A stretch of DNA of 64,000 nt from an uncultured Syntrophomonadaceae bacterium (GTDB lineage: Bacteria; Bacillota; Dethiobacteria; DTU022; PWGO01). The stretch spans positions 4,353 to 68,352 of the forward strand of contig CAZWVJ010000007.1 in the NCBI GenBank assembly GCA_964636865.1, written 5' to 3'. The notes below the pieces were generated by a model. It worked only from the letters and a program-made list of their open reading frames with translations, was not told the DNA's origin and did no database searches. This document shows, one piece after another, positions 53,020 through 64,000 of the stretch. Both the position numbers and the translations under genes were made by a program. Every line of letters starts with the position of its first letter. Position 1 is the stretch's first letter.

Positions 53020-53051
53020 GGAATACCCGGAAAGATAAGGAGGAATGAACA

Positions 53052-55268
53052 ATGACAGAAACCGGTGGTGTTATAGCAAAAGAATGGCAAGAGTCATTTG
53101 AGGAATTATTTGACGGTGCTATAGACGAATCAAATCCGCCAGTTAAGCTTTTTGAGCATGCTTATGAGGGTGCTGTAATTGCTACCAGCTACGCCGAGAT
53201 TTTGCTGAATCAAGCTATAAGGCGTTATGGAGCTGAGCAAGAGATTAAGTACCCCGATACGGGATACTACTTGCCTGTAATCAGGGCACTTAGCGGCGAG
53301 GCGGTTACCAAGCTAGGAGATCTGCCTCCCATCTTAAACCGCATGCGGAATCAAGTGCGGGAAGAGTTGAATTTTTATAATGCCCGGTTATGTGGTGAAG
53401 CCACTGCTTATGCGGCGGAGATAATCGAGGCAATTAACTATCTTGATCCGGAAAAAGAACATGTGCCCCCGTGGACCGGCTTTTTGGGTGACCCTGTGGT
53501 GCGCCGTTACGGTATCCTGTTAGTGGACTGGACTATTCCCGGGCAAGCTGTTATCACAGGTAAAGCTAAATCTACCGAAGCCCTGGCTAAAATCATTCAG
53601 GATTTGCAGGCAAAAGGCTTCATGATTTTTATGGCTTATGAGGTAGTGGATCAGGCCATAGACGCAGGTTTGAAGCTTGGTATTGATTTTATAGCATTTC
53701 CGCTGGGCAATTTTACTCAGGTGATTCATGCGGTTAACTACGCATTGCGGGCAGGTATTGCTTTTGGCGGTATTCCACCCGGAGAGCGGGAAAACACCCG
53801 TGATTACCAGCGACGCCGCGTACGCGCCTTTGTTCTCCACTTTGGAGAAAGGGATGAAGTCCAAATTGCAGCTCACTTTGCGGCTATTTTCCTTGGCTTC
53901 CCCGTAATTACCGATCAGGAGCTACCTGAAGACGAACAGATTCCTAACTGGTATGTTTCCAACCCCAATTATGATGATATTGTTCAGGTGGCCATGGAAA
54001 TCAGGGGCATTAAGTTGAAAATAGTGGAAATTCCTATTCCCATCACGGTGGGACCGGCATTTGAAGGTGAGGTAATCCGTAAAGGAGACATGCATGTAGA
54101 GTTTGGCGGTCCTAAAAACATCGGCTTTGAACTTGTGGAGATGGTAGATGAAAACGAAGTCGAAGATGGCAGAATCGATGTCATCGGACCTGAAATGGAT
54201 GAAATGGAAGAAGGTAGTTCCATGCCCATAGGTCTTGTAGTTAAAATTTTTGGCCGTAAGATGCAGGAAGATTTTGAAGGAGTACTAGAGCGCCGCATTC
54301 ACTACTTTGTTAATTACGGCGAAGGGCTGTTCCATATGGCCCAGCGTGATACGGTTTGGATGAGGGTAAGTAAAGATGCGGTAGCTAAAGGCTTTAAGGC
54401 TCGGGATTTTGGGGAATTGATGATTGCCAAATTCAAAGACGACTTTCCCTCAATTGTGGACCGGGTGCAGGTAACTGTGATTACCGACAAAGATAAAGTG
54501 GAAGAAGAAAAAGCGCGGGCCCAGCAATTTTATGAGTCACGCGACGAAAGGCTGCGGGGCTTGACTGATGAATCTGTGGAGGAATTTTACTCTTGCATCC
54601 TCTGTCAGTCTTTTGCTCCTAACCATTGCTGTGTGGTTACTCCGGAACGTTTGGGTCTTTGTGGCGCTGTAAGCTGGCTAGACGGTAAAGCTTCTTATGA
54701 GATTGATCCCAACGGGCCTTGCCGTCCTATTAAAAAAGAAGGTCTTATTGATGAAGAAAAGGGCATCTGGGAGTCGGTTAACGAATATGTTTATACGAAT
54801 ACAAACCGTTCTATTGAAGAATGCTCCCTCTACAGTTTTATGGATCGCCCCATGACTTCCTGCGGTTGTTTTGAATGTATAATGGCCATCGTTCCCGAAG
54901 CTAACGGGGTTATGATTACCACCAGGGAATATGGTGGAGAAACACCCTGCGGTATGAGCTTTTCTACCCTGGCCGGTTCTGTGGGTGGCGGAGTCCAGAC
55001 GCCCGGTTTCATGGGCCACGGGCGCGGTTATGTGCTTAGCCGGAAATTCATCAAAGCAGACGGGGGATTGGCCCGTCTGATTTGGATGCCTACGGAGCTT
55101 AAGGAATCTGTAAAAGAGGAATTAACTGAAAGAGCTAAAGAAGACGGCCTCGGGGAGGATTTCATCGATAAAGTTGCTGATGAAACAGTAGGCGTAACTG
55201 CTGAAGAAATCCTGCCGTTTCTGGAAGAAAAAGGGCATCCGGCCCTTGAAATGGAAACGTTGATGTAA
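53052..55268 (+). CDS. acsB: Acetyl-CoA synthase
   Basis: CILCQSFAPNH, RLGLCGAVSWLD and MTSCGCFEC. Confidence 0.97.
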   Translation: MTETGGVIAKEWQESFEELFDGAIDESNPPVKLFEHAYEGAVIATSYAEILLNQAIRRYGAEQEIKYPDTGYYLPVIRALSGEAVTKLGDLPPILNRMRNQVREELNFYNARLCGEATAYAAEIIEAINYLDPEKEHVPPWTGFLGDPVVRRYGILLVDWTIPGQAVITGKAKSTEALAKIIQDLQAKGFMIFMAYEVVDQAIDAGLKLGIDFIAFPLGNFTQVIHAVNYALRAGIAFGGIPPGERENTRDYQRRRVRAFVLHFGERDEVQIAAHFAAIFLGFPVITDQELPEDEQIPNWYVSNPNYDDIVQVAMEIRGIKLKIVEIPIPITVGPAFEGEVIRKGDMHVEFGGPKNIGFELVEMVDENEVEDGRIDVIGPEMDEMEEGSSMPIGLVVKIFGRKMQEDFEGVLERRIHYFVNYGEGLFHMAQRDTVWMRVSKDAVAKGFKARDFGELMIAKFKDDFPSIVDRVQVTVITDKDKVEEEKARAQQFYESRDERLRGLTDESVEEFYSCILCQSFAPNHCCVVTPERLGLCGAVSWLDGKASYEIDPNGPCRPIKKEGLIDEEKGIWESVNEYVYTNTNRSIEECSLYSFMDRPMTSCGCFECIMAIVPEANGVMITTREYGGETPCGMSFSTLAGSVGGGVQTPGFMGHGRGYVLSRKFIKADGGLARLIWMPTELKESVKEELTERAKEDGLGEDFIDKVADETVGVTAEEILPFLEEKGHPALEMETLM

Positions 55269-55277
55269 TTTGAATGC

Positions 55278-55333
55278 AGAGGAACCACCCGGTGGAGGCA
55301 AACTATGAAACCGGGTGCGGTTTCTCTTTTTTT
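55278..55333 (+). terminator. Terminator-like hairpin between acsB and acsC
   Basis: AGAGGAACC-ACCCGGT / ACCGGGT-GC-GGTTTCTCT followed by a T run. Confidence 0.65.
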
Positions 55334-55396
55334 GATATTTAATTAGTATGCTAGGAGCTAAGAGGGAAAATATAATTAAAGAAAGGGGTAGAAAGT

Positions 55397-56725
55397 ATGG
55401 CTTTAACAGGTCTGGAAATTTATAAGCACCTGCCAAAAACTAATTGTAAAGAATGTGGCTACCCTACCTGCCTGGCTTTTGCCATGGCTTTGGCCGGGGG
55501 TAAGACTTCGCTGGATAAGTGCCCATATATTAGCGAGGAAGGCAAGGCTGCGTTGGATTCTGCGGCGGCTCCTCCTATTAACCTGGTTAAAGTGGGTACC
55601 GGTGATTATGAAGTGGAAATGGGTGATGAAACGGAACTTTTCCGCCATGATAAGCGTTTTTACCATCCTACCGGTATAGCAGTTGTTATCAGTGATAGCG
55701 AAGACGTAGAAGCAAAAGCAGCTAAATTTGATGACTTGGAATTTGATCGGGTTGGTTTACACTATGTAACTGATCTGGCAGCTATAACGAATGACTCCGG
55801 AGATGCCGGAAAATTTAAAGAAGCAGTGGAAAAAGTAGCCGGTAAAACACAGAAGGCGCTGGTTTTGGTCAGTGAAGATCCAAGCGTGATGGAGGGCGCC
55901 TTAGGAGCTGTGGCTGACCGTAAGCCTTTGGTATATGCAGCCACCAATGATAATTATGAAAAGATGGCCGAGCTGGCAAAGGCCAATGGCTGTCCATTGG
56001 CGGTTCGTGGCAATGATCTTCACGATACGGCAGAATTGGTAAAGAAAGTAGAGGAAACAGGGCATAAAGAACTGGTTATAGACAGTGGTGCCAGGGAAAC
56101 CAGCCAGGTATTGGCCGATCTGACCCAAATGCGTCGCCTGGCAGTGAAGAAAAAGTTTCGTGCTTTTGGTTATCCCACTATTGCCATCACCACCAAGGAC
56201 GATCCTCAAGAGGAAATTGCGCAGGCCGGGGTTTACGTGAGCAAATATGCCAGTGTGGTTATGCTCAAGGCATGTGAAAAGCAGCAGTTACTGCCTTTAT
56301 TATCCTGGAGGCAAAACCTCTTTACCGATCCGCAGAAACCTATTGCGGTAGAGCCCGGGCTTTATGAAGTTGGTGATGTATCGGAAGAATCTCCTGTCTT
56401 TTGTACAACTAACTTTTCTTTGACTTACTTTATAGTAGAGGGAGAAGTAGAAGGTTCACGTATTCCCAGTTATATTCTTTCGGTGGACACCGGTGGAATA
56501 TCTGTTTTGACTGCTTATGCAGACAATAAATTTTCTGCCGAGACTATAACTGAAGCCATCAAAAACCATGGGCTTGAAGATAAAGTTAAGCATAAGAAAA
56601 TAATTATTCCCGGGCATGTGGCTGTATTGAAAGGTATGTTGGAAGAAGAATCAGGCTGGGAAGTAGAAGTAGGCCCCCGGGAAGCAGCCGGAATACCCAA
56701 GTTTGCCAAGGAAAAGTTCGCCTAA
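55397..56725 (+). CDS. acsC: Corrinoid iron-sulfur protein large (gamma) subunit
   Basis: LPKTNCKECGYPTCLAFAM...CP, FTDPQKP and TTNFSLTYF. Confidence 0.96.
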   Translation: MALTGLEIYKHLPKTNCKECGYPTCLAFAMALAGGKTSLDKCPYISEEGKAALDSAAAPPINLVKVGTGDYEVEMGDETELFRHDKRFYHPTGIAVVISDSEDVEAKAAKFDDLEFDRVGLHYVTDLAAITNDSGDAGKFKEAVEKVAGKTQKALVLVSEDPSVMEGALGAVADRKPLVYAATNDNYEKMAELAKANGCPLAVRGNDLHDTAELVKKVEETGHKELVIDSGARETSQVLADLTQMRRLAVKKKFRAFGYPTIAITTKDDPQEEIAQAGVYVSKYASVVMLKACEKQQLLPLLSWRQNLFTDPQKPIAVEPGLYEVGDVSEESPVFCTTNFSLTYFIVEGEVEGSRIPSYILSVDTGGISVLTAYADNKFSAETITEAIKNHGLEDKVKHKKIIIPGHVAVLKGMLEEESGWEVEVGPREAAGIPKFAKEKFA

Positions 56726-56811
56726 GCAAGCCGGGAAGTTTTTTTGAAAAACTCATGTAAATTGAGTTTAAATGTTTATGAGTATAAACTCTTGTGGAAA
56801 GGAGAGTTAAG

Positions 56812-57789
56812 ATGGCTGTCGATATTTTAAAGGAAAAACACAAAAGCAAGATAGGCGAGGTAGTGCTGGGCGCTACCAAAGAAGAAGGAGGTACCCGTGG
56901 ACATACCATCACGGTAGGCGGTGAATCCACCCTGCCTTTTTTGCATTTTGAAGGTGAGGTTCCAAACCGGCCGGTAGTAGCCCTGGAAGTATGGGATATG
57001 GCTCCGCAAGATTGGAATCCTAATTTAGATGAATATTTCGGAGATGTTTACAATGATCCGGGTGCCTGGGCTAAAAAATGTGTTGAAGAGTACGGCGCTG
57101 ATCTGGTGGCGCTAAAACTTAAGAGTGCCGATCCGGATCTTAAAGATTCTTCTCCCGAGGAATGCGCGGAAGCGGTGAAGAAAGTTTTAGAAGCAGTGGA
57201 GGTACCTTTGATCGTTATGGGCTGTGGGACTCCTGAAAAAGATAATCAGGTTTATCCGGTAGTTGCAGAAGCGGCAGCGGGGGAAAACCTGTTATTGGGA
57301 GTAGCTGACATGGAAAATTACAAGGCAATTACCAGTGCATGTATGGCTAACCAGCACTGCATAATTCCCCAGTCTCCCATTGATATTAATATCTGCAAAC
57401 AGCTAAATATTCAGATCTTGGAAATGAGCCAGGCTTTAGCCAACAAAATAGTCATAGATCCCACTGTTGCAGCGCTGGGCTATGGCATCGAATATTCTTA
57501 TTCCATTATGGAGAGGGCCCGCCTGGGTGCTTTGCAGGGAGATAAAATGTTGGCTATGCCTGTAATTGGGAATATTGGAGCTGAAGTATGGCGCTCCAAG
57601 GAAGCCAATGTTTCGGAAGAAGAACAGCCCGGATGGGGTGAAGTTCATGAACGCGCTATCATGTGGGAAACCATGACTGCCGTGGCTTACTTACAATCCG
57701 GATTAAACCTTTTGGTAATGCGCCATCCCCGTGCTTTGGAAATTGTCAAAAAGAATATTGATGACCTGATGAAAGATAACAGCTATTAA
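56812..57789 (+). CDS. acsD: Corrinoid iron-sulfur protein small (delta) subunit
   Basis: [26 protein letters not shown] and MRHP; ATG at 56812. Confidence 0.95.
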   Translation: MAVDILKEKHKSKIGEVVLGATKEEGGTRGHTITVGGESTLPFLHFEGEVPNRPVVALEVWDMAPQDWNPNLDEYFGDVYNDPGAWAKKCVEEYGADLVALKLKSADPDLKDSSPEECAEAVKKVLEAVEVPLIVMGCGTPEKDNQVYPVVAEAAAGENLLLGVADMENYKAITSACMANQHCIIPQSPIDINICKQLNIQILEMSQALANKIVIDPTVAALGYGIEYSYSIMERARLGALQGDKMLAMPVIGNIGAEVWRSKEANVSEEEQPGWGEVHERAIMWETMTAVAYLQSGLNLLVMRHPRALEIVKKNIDDLMKDNSY

Positions 57790-58611
<822 letters not shown>

Positions 58612-58707
58612 ATTAACGTAACTGACGATTATTTCCGGAACTCGACTATACTGTCGGGTTCCGGGCTCGATTAATTTCTTCAGAAGGGAAGAAGGTGACA
58701 TGAAAAG

Positions 58708-59388
58708 ATGATAGTTGCTGAACGAAAGCCATTGTCGCAAATTGCTGAAATAATGGCTCCTTATAAACGTATTTGTGTTTTGGGCTGCGGTTCTTGTGTG
58801 ACTGTTTGTTTGGCTGGGGGGCAGAAAGAAGCTCTAGAAACAGCCACTGCTTTGTCTATTCAACGCCAAAACACGGGGGGCACCTTAGAAACTGAAGCTT
58901 TTACTATTGAGCGGCAATGTGAATATGAATATGTGGATGAAGTAGCGGAGCGCCTTAAAGGTTATGATGCCGTTCTTTCCTTGGCCTGTGGGGTGGGAGT
59001 GCAGACGATTGCTTCTCGTTTACCGGAGATTATCGTTTTGCCTGGGCTCAACACCCACTTTATGGGGTATCCCTTGGAGCAAGGGGTTTGGATTGAAAAT
59101 TGCTTGGGTTGCGGGGACTGTGTTTTACATCTTACACAGGGCATTTGCCCCATTACCCGTTGTTCAAAAAGCATTCTTAATGGTCCCTGTGGCGGTTCCC
59201 AGGATGGCAAATGTGAAATAAGCAAAGATCTTGATTGTGCCTGGCACCTAATTCATGAAAGATTGCAAAAATTGAACATGGTTTCAACATTACAAGAGAT
59301 ACAACCGCCGAAAAACTGGGCGACTTCACATCATGGAGGTCCGAGAACCATTGTAAGGGAGGATGTGAGAATTGATAACGGGGAGTAA
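58708..59388 (+). CDS. metV: Methylene-THF reductase Fe-S/Zn subunit MetV
   Basis: GCGSCVTVC, ERQCE, ACGVGVQ and CLGCGDC...CPITRCSKSILNGPCGG. Confidence 0.93.
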   Translation: MIVAERKPLSQIAEIMAPYKRICVLGCGSCVTVCLAGGQKEALETATALSIQRQNTGGTLETEAFTIERQCEYEYVDEVAERLKGYDAVLSLACGVGVQTIASRLPEIIVLPGLNTHFMGYPLEQGVWIENCLGCGDCVLHLTQGICPITRCSKSILNGPCGGSQDGKCEISKDLDCAWHLIHERLQKLNMVSTLQEIQPPKNWATSHHGGPRTIVREDVRIDNGE

Positions 59389-60289
59389 CTTGGAAAAAGT
59401 AATTAACAGTGGAGAATTCGTAGTAACCGGAGAGCTGGGGCCTCCCAAAAGTGCTGATGTAGAGAGTCTTAAACATCACGCAGAGATGCTCGGCAATCAT
59501 GTTGATGCTTATAATATTACCGATAATCAAACTGCCATAGTGCGTACTTCCAGCATTGCCTGCGGTGCTTTGCTAGTGCAAATGGGGTTAGACCCCATAA
59601 TGCAGATGACTGTCCGCGACCGCAACCGAATTGCCATTCAGAGCGATATTTTAGGGGCGTCGGCATTGGGAATAAAAAACTTACTCTGCCTTTCCGGCGA
59701 TCATCAGTGTTTTGGCAATGAACCGGGTTCCAAAGGTGTTTATGATCTTGATTCCATGCAGTTGATCAAGGCGGTTAAAGACATGCGAGACGAAGGCAAG
59801 TTTGTTGGTGAAGAAGAATTGGAAGCACCCATGAGTATGTTTATCGGTGCTGTGGAAAACCCATTTGCAGATCCTTTTGAATATAGGGTAGATAGATTGG
59901 AGAAAAAGATCAATGCCGGTGTAAATTTCATTCAAACTCAGGGTGTTTTTGATATGGAACGTTTTCGTGAGTTTATGAAAAGAGTCGTGGATCGGGGATT
60001 GCATGAAAAAGCTTCTATATTGGCCGGAATAATACCCGTAAAATCATTGGGTGCAGCGCGCTATATGAAGAATAATGTAGCCGGGATTACTATTCCCGAT
60101 GCAATGATTGATCGCTTAAAAGGGGCTGAAAAGAAGAAAGAAGAAGGCTTGAATATATGCATCGAAACCATTCAAGAGTGCCGGGAAATCGAAGGAGTAG
60201 CAGGAGTACATGTAATGGCTATAGCCTGGGAAGAAATAGTTCCGGATATTGTGGAGCGAGCCGGTCTGTATCCAAGACCAAAACTTTAA
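59372..60289 (+). CDS. metF: Methylene-THF reductase flavoprotein MetF
   Basis: ELGPPK, NITDNQ, RDRNRIAIQSD and FIQTQ. Confidence 0.95.
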   Translation: MITGSNLEKVINSGEFVVTGELGPPKSADVESLKHHAEMLGNHVDAYNITDNQTAIVRTSSIACGALLVQMGLDPIMQMTVRDRNRIAIQSDILGASALGIKNLLCLSGDHQCFGNEPGSKGVYDLDSMQLIKAVKDMRDEGKFVGEEELEAPMSMFIGAVENPFADPFEYRVDRLEKKINAGVNFIQTQGVFDMERFREFMKRVVDRGLHEKASILAGIIPVKSLGAARYMKNNVAGITIPDAMIDRLKGAEKKKEEGLNICIETIQECREIEGVAGVHVMAIAWEEIVPDIVERAGLYPRPKL

Positions 60290-60495
60290 GATCAAAAATT
60301 AAGTAAAAAAAGATCTAATAGTTCCGGCAAATAGAAATTCATTTTATTATTTTTATAATGATAGATCTAACTATTGTTAAAAGGGTAAAGGTATAACATT
60401 TTGCTAAGAATGAAGAACAGGCTTGCTTGCTTTATTTGCCTGTTCTTCTTGCATGAAAGATTTTTGAGTAAAAGATGTTGAAAGGGGATAAGTGA

Positions 60496-61677
60496 ATGCA
60501 AACTAATGAGGTGGTAATTATAGGGGCAGCCAGGACTCCGGTAGGAGGATTCGGAGGGAGTTTCCGAGACGTGGCACCCGGTTATTTGGCTTACACAGCC
60601 GTGGAAGAAGCTTTGAAGAGAGCATCTGTGGAAAAAACACAGGTGGAGGAAGTCATTATGGGCAACTGCATGCATCCAAGCGACGAACCTAATCTCGGCC
60701 GTTGTGTGGCTTTAATGAGCGGCATGCCCAAAGAAACCACGGGTATGACCATTCAACGCCAGTGTAGTTCGGCTATGCAAGCCCTGGTAAGTGGAAGCCA
60801 GGAGCTCATGCTTGGCGACGTGGAAATGGTGGTGGCCGGGGGAGTGGAATCCATGAGTACGGCTCCTTATGTGCTAAAGTCAGCTCGCTGGGGCAAAAGG
60901 TTGCAACACGGTGAGATGACTGATGCTCTCTGGGAAATGTTAATGGATCCTATACACAAGATTATGATGGGAGAAACAGCGGAGAATTTAGCGGAAAAAC
61001 ACTCTATTTCCCGGGAAGAACAGGATGAAATCGCATATCGCAGTCACCAAAATGCTATTGCAGCTATAGATGAAGGCCGTTTTAAGGATGAGATTGTGCC
61101 TGTGCAGGTTAAACAGAAGAAAAAAGAAATAACCATAGATACCGATGAACACCCGCGGCGGGATGTTTCTTTGGAAACCCTGGCGGGTTTAAAACCGGTT
61201 TTCCGCCAGGGAGGATCAGTTACCGCAGGCAATTCTTCGGGATTAAATGATGGAGCTGCGGCAACAGTCCTTACAACAGCATCCAAGGCCCAAGAAATGG
61301 GCATAAAGCCTCTGGGTAGGATAGTTTCTTATGCCTGGGCGGGGGTGGAACCGGACTTGATGGGTTATGGCCCCGTGCCGGCTACCCAAAAGGCCTTGCA
61401 AAAGGCAGGACTCACCTTGGAGGATATTGAACTTATTGAGGTTAATGAGGCTTTTGCCGCTCAGTACCTGGCTTGTGAAAAACTTCTCGGACTTAATCGT
61501 GATCTGGTTAATGTTAATGGCAGCGGAATAGCTCTGGGGCATCCGGTGGGATGCACAGGTGCTCGTATTGTGATTTCCCTTCTATATGAAATGGCCCGCA
61601 GGGGGCTTAAACGCGGACTTGCTACTCTCTGCGTTGGTGGAGGTATGGGCATGTCTATGATTATTGAAAGAGAATAA
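60496..61677 (+). CDS. Acetyl-CoA C-acetyltransferase (thiolase)
   Basis: Catalytic Cys in QRQCSS; NEAF, GHPVG and CVGGG. Confidence 0.95.
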   Translation: MQTNEVVIIGAARTPVGGFGGSFRDVAPGYLAYTAVEEALKRASVEKTQVEEVIMGNCMHPSDEPNLGRCVALMSGMPKETTGMTIQRQCSSAMQALVSGSQELMLGDVEMVVAGGVESMSTAPYVLKSARWGKRLQHGEMTDALWEMLMDPIHKIMMGETAENLAEKHSISREEQDEIAYRSHQNAIAAIDEGRFKDEIVPVQVKQKKKEITIDTDEHPRRDVSLETLAGLKPVFRQGGSVTAGNSSGLNDGAAATVLTTASKAQEMGIKPLGRIVSYAWAGVEPDLMGYGPVPATQKALQKAGLTLEDIELIEVNEAFAAQYLACEKLLGLNRDLVNVNGSGIALGHPVGCTGARIVISLLYEMARRGLKRGLATLCVGGGMGMSMIIERE

Positions 61678-61763
61678 TATTATTTAGGTAAGTCATAAAT
61701 AAATGAAAAATGTTTTTTCTTTAATAACGGGGAAGACAAAAATTGAAAAGGAGGTAAATTTTT

Positions 61764-62537
61764 ATGAGCATGGTTCAAATGGAAAGAGAAGGTGGTTTGG
61801 CGGTAGTTACGTTAAACAATCCCCCGGTGAATGCTCTAAATTCACAGCTGTTAGGGGAATTGGAAGAAGTTTTGGACAGTTTATATAAGGCTAATGATGT
61901 GGGTACTTTAATTATTACCGGCGGTGGTGAAAAAGCTTTTGTGGCCGGAGCTGACATAAGTGAATTCCCTTCATTAAACAAAGAAAACGGAGAAAAACTT
62001 GCCCGTCGGGGGCAGCAAATATTCCAAAAAATTGCGGATTTTCCGGCTCCTGTAATAGCGGCTGTAAATGGAGTTGCCCTGGGTGGCGGACTGGAAGTGG
62101 CTTTAGCCTGTGATATTAGGGTGGCTGATGAAAATGCCAAACTGGGTCTTCCGGAAGTGACCCTGGGGATATTTCCGGGTTATGGAGGGACACAGAGGTT
62201 GCCACAGGTATTACCCTTGGGGAAAGCCCGGGAATTGATCTTTACCGGTGATCAGATAGAATCTGCAGAAGCCGAGCGTATGGGCTTGGTAGAGCATGTA
62301 GTCTCTGGGGGAGAAGCTTTGAATAAGGCCAAAGAAATTGCGGCGAAAATTTTAAAGAGAGGGCCTGTAGCCGTTCGCGAAGCTAAAAAAGCTATTAATA
62401 AAGGACTGGATGTGAGCCTGGAAGAAGGTTTAAAAATAGAAGCATCACTCTTTGGGGGATTGTGTGAAACGGAAGATCAGAAAGAAGGCGCCAAAGCATT
62501 CATGGAGAAGCGTAAGCCTGAATTTAAAGGTAAGTAA
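61764..62537 (+). CDS. crt: Enoyl-CoA hydratase (crotonase)
   Basis: FVAGADI, ALGGGLE and PE..LGIFPGYGGTQRL. Confidence 0.88.
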   Translation: MSMVQMEREGGLAVVTLNNPPVNALNSQLLGELEEVLDSLYKANDVGTLIITGGGEKAFVAGADISEFPSLNKENGEKLARRGQQIFQKIADFPAPVIAAVNGVALGGGLEVALACDIRVADENAKLGLPEVTLGIFPGYGGTQRLPQVLPLGKARELIFTGDQIESAEAERMGLVEHVVSGGEALNKAKEIAAKILKRGPVAVREAKKAINKGLDVSLEEGLKIEASLFGGLCETEDQKEGAKAFMEKRKPEFKGK

Positions 62538-62626
62538 GCCCAGGTTTTTGTAACTGTTTTTAAATCAACTAAATGTTTTTTGGTGTAGGTTTTAATATTA
62601 ACCTACAAAGGAAAGGCGGGTGTAAG

Positions 62627-63478
62627 ATGAATATTCAAAAAATTGGTGTGCTTGGCGCAGGAACCATGGGAAGCGGTATTGCCCAGGTAGCGGCTGAAAA
62701 TGGATTTGAAGTAGTTATGCGAGATATAGAAGATTCCCTTGTGGATAAGGGTGTTCAGGCCATAAACAAAAGTCTAAACCGGGCAGTAGAAAAAGGTAAA
62801 AAATCTGCCGAAGAGGTAGCAGAGATAACAAAACGCATTAAAGGTACTGTAAATATAAAGGAAATGGCCGAAGTAGATCTGGTTATTGAAGCCGTGGTGG
62901 AAAAAATAGAAGTTAAACAGGAAATTTACAGGGAATTGGATGATATTTGTAAACCGCAGACTATTTTTGCTTCGAATACTTCCGGATTAAGTATTACAGA
63001 GATGGCCGCAGTAACCCGGCGAGCAGATAAAGTTATAGGAATGCATTTTTTTAACCCGGTACCGGTTATGCAGTTAGTGGAAGTAATTAAAGGTCATGAT
63101 ACTTCGGAGGAAACTTTTGAGGCAATAATGGAAATATCTAAAAAAATGGGCAAAGACCCTATAGCAGTTAACGAGGCCCCTTTATTTGCCGTTAATAGAA
63201 TTTTATGTCCCATGATTAATGAAGCAGCTTTTGCATATATGGAAGGTGTGGCCAGCGCAGAAGATTTGGATAAGGGCATGAGGCTGGGGGCGAATCATCC
63301 CATCGGACCCTTGGCGTTGGCAGACCTGGTGGGTTTGGATGTTTTGTTAATGGTTATGGAAACACTTTATAAAGAAACCGGTGATTCTAAATATCGCCCC
63401 TGTCCCTTGATCCGCAAGATGGTAAGGGCAGGCCATTATGGACGTAAGACAGGTCGAGGCTTTTATTCCTATAACTAA
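62627..63478 (+). CDS. hbd: 3-hydroxybutyryl-CoA dehydrogenase
   Basis: [21 protein letters not shown] and GANHPIGPL; ATG at 62627. Confidence 0.92.
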   Translation: MNIQKIGVLGAGTMGSGIAQVAAENGFEVVMRDIEDSLVDKGVQAINKSLNRAVEKGKKSAEEVAEITKRIKGTVNIKEMAEVDLVIEAVVEKIEVKQEIYRELDDICKPQTIFASNTSGLSITEMAAVTRRADKVIGMHFFNPVPVMQLVEVIKGHDTSEETFEAIMEISKKMGKDPIAVNEAPLFAVNRILCPMINEAAFAYMEGVASAEDLDKGMRLGANHPIGPLALADLVGLDVLLMVMETLYKETGDSKYRPCPLIRKMVRAGHYGRKTGRGFYSYN

Positions 63479-63591
63479 AAATGAATTCAATTTGCGGCAT
63501 ACCTAAAAAGGGCTTATAGCTTTATGTATGCTAAAAATAATATTGGAGCTCATTTTTATATGATGAAAAAAGTAAGGAGGAAAAAAGCCTG

Positions 63592-64000
63592 GTGACGGAA
63601 ACCAAAAAACAGTTTATTAATAATTTAAAATTGGGCACCGAAGTAGAAACACAAGTGTTGGTGGTAGAAGCTCACCTCTCAAGTTATTCTTCTCCTCACC
63701 GGGCGGGAGAAAAATTCTTGAGATTGGTTTTGGGAGATGCAAGCGGGACTATTAAGGGAATTATGTGGGATATTAGTATGCTGGATGAACCCGTAAATAA
63801 TGGAGATGTCTTGTATATTAAAGGGGAAGTTACAGAATATTATGGCTTGCAGATAGTAATTAAAGAAGCGCGAAAACTTGATCCCCAACAGGTTAATAGG
63901 CGTATGCTTCAACCTATGGCCCAAAAAGAACCCCAGGAAATGCTCACAGAATTAAAAGAAATTATTAACCGGGAAATAAAAGATACTTTTTTGAATAAAC
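63592..64000 (+). CDS. YhaM-like OB-fold/HD 3'-5' exoribonuclease (N-terminal part, runs off window)
   Basis: Hand translation from GTG behind AAGGAGG: VTETKKQFINNLK...GEKFLRLVLGDASGTIKGIMWD...KGEVTEYYGLQI. OB-fold pattern of YhaM; the HD domain is not reached. Confidence 0.7.
   Translation, partial: MTETKKQFINNLKLGTEVETQVLVVEAHLSSYSSPHRAGEKFLRLVLGDASGTIKGIMWDISMLDEPVNNGDVLYIKGEVTEYYGLQIVIKEARKLDPQQVNRRMLQPMAQKEPQEMLTELKEIINREIKDTFLNK

Noticed and set aside
55294-55330. GGCAAAC resembling the start of a c-di-GMP-I riboswitch
   Set aside because: The downstream GACGCAAAG element and the P2/P3 architecture are absent.
61703-61888. 61 aa plus-strand ORF overlapping crt (likewise 41561-41770 over nadB)
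   Set aside because: These are out-of-frame overlaps of clear genes that have their own RBS.

Overview
Core-genome window from an AT-rich, anaerobic Firmicute (Bacillota). Almost all genes are on the + strand. I saw no rRNA, tRNA, CRISPR array, transposase or prophage. Order of content: partial Fur/PerR regulator; membrane-anchored PHP metallohydrolase; GPH-type MFS transporter; CoxD-type MoxR ATPase + CoxE-type VWA protein + CooC/AcsF; PRTase, fabZ, comF, csp, hpf, an unknown nucleotidyltransferase-fold protein, secA, frameshifted prfB, ilvC; ftsEX-M23-ctpB-minJ; uvrBAC; HAD and PHP phosphatases; rapZ-whiA-pgk-tpiA-gpmI-eno-secG-rnr; nadABC-trxB; ctsR-mcsAB-clpC; a Wood-Ljungdahl cluster (cooC-acsA-acsB-acsC-acsD-acsE-metV-metF) followed directly by thiolase-crotonase-hbd; and a partial YhaM-like gene. 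The most notable candidates are: (i) a CoxD/CoxE-like chaperone pair joined to a nickel-insertion ATPase with no molybdo-enzyme nearby; (ii) a ~200 bp segment bounded by 30-bp inverted repeats that contains a perfect sigmaA promoter between divergent genes; (iii) a SecA with an atypical, expanded and very acidic PPXD; (iv) an RNase R lacking CSD2 with its basic tail at the N-terminus; (v) several candidate RNA-level controls (csp 5'/3' UTR pairing, leader mini-ORFs before nadB and acsC). All family calls come from motif recognition by eye. No database search was run.
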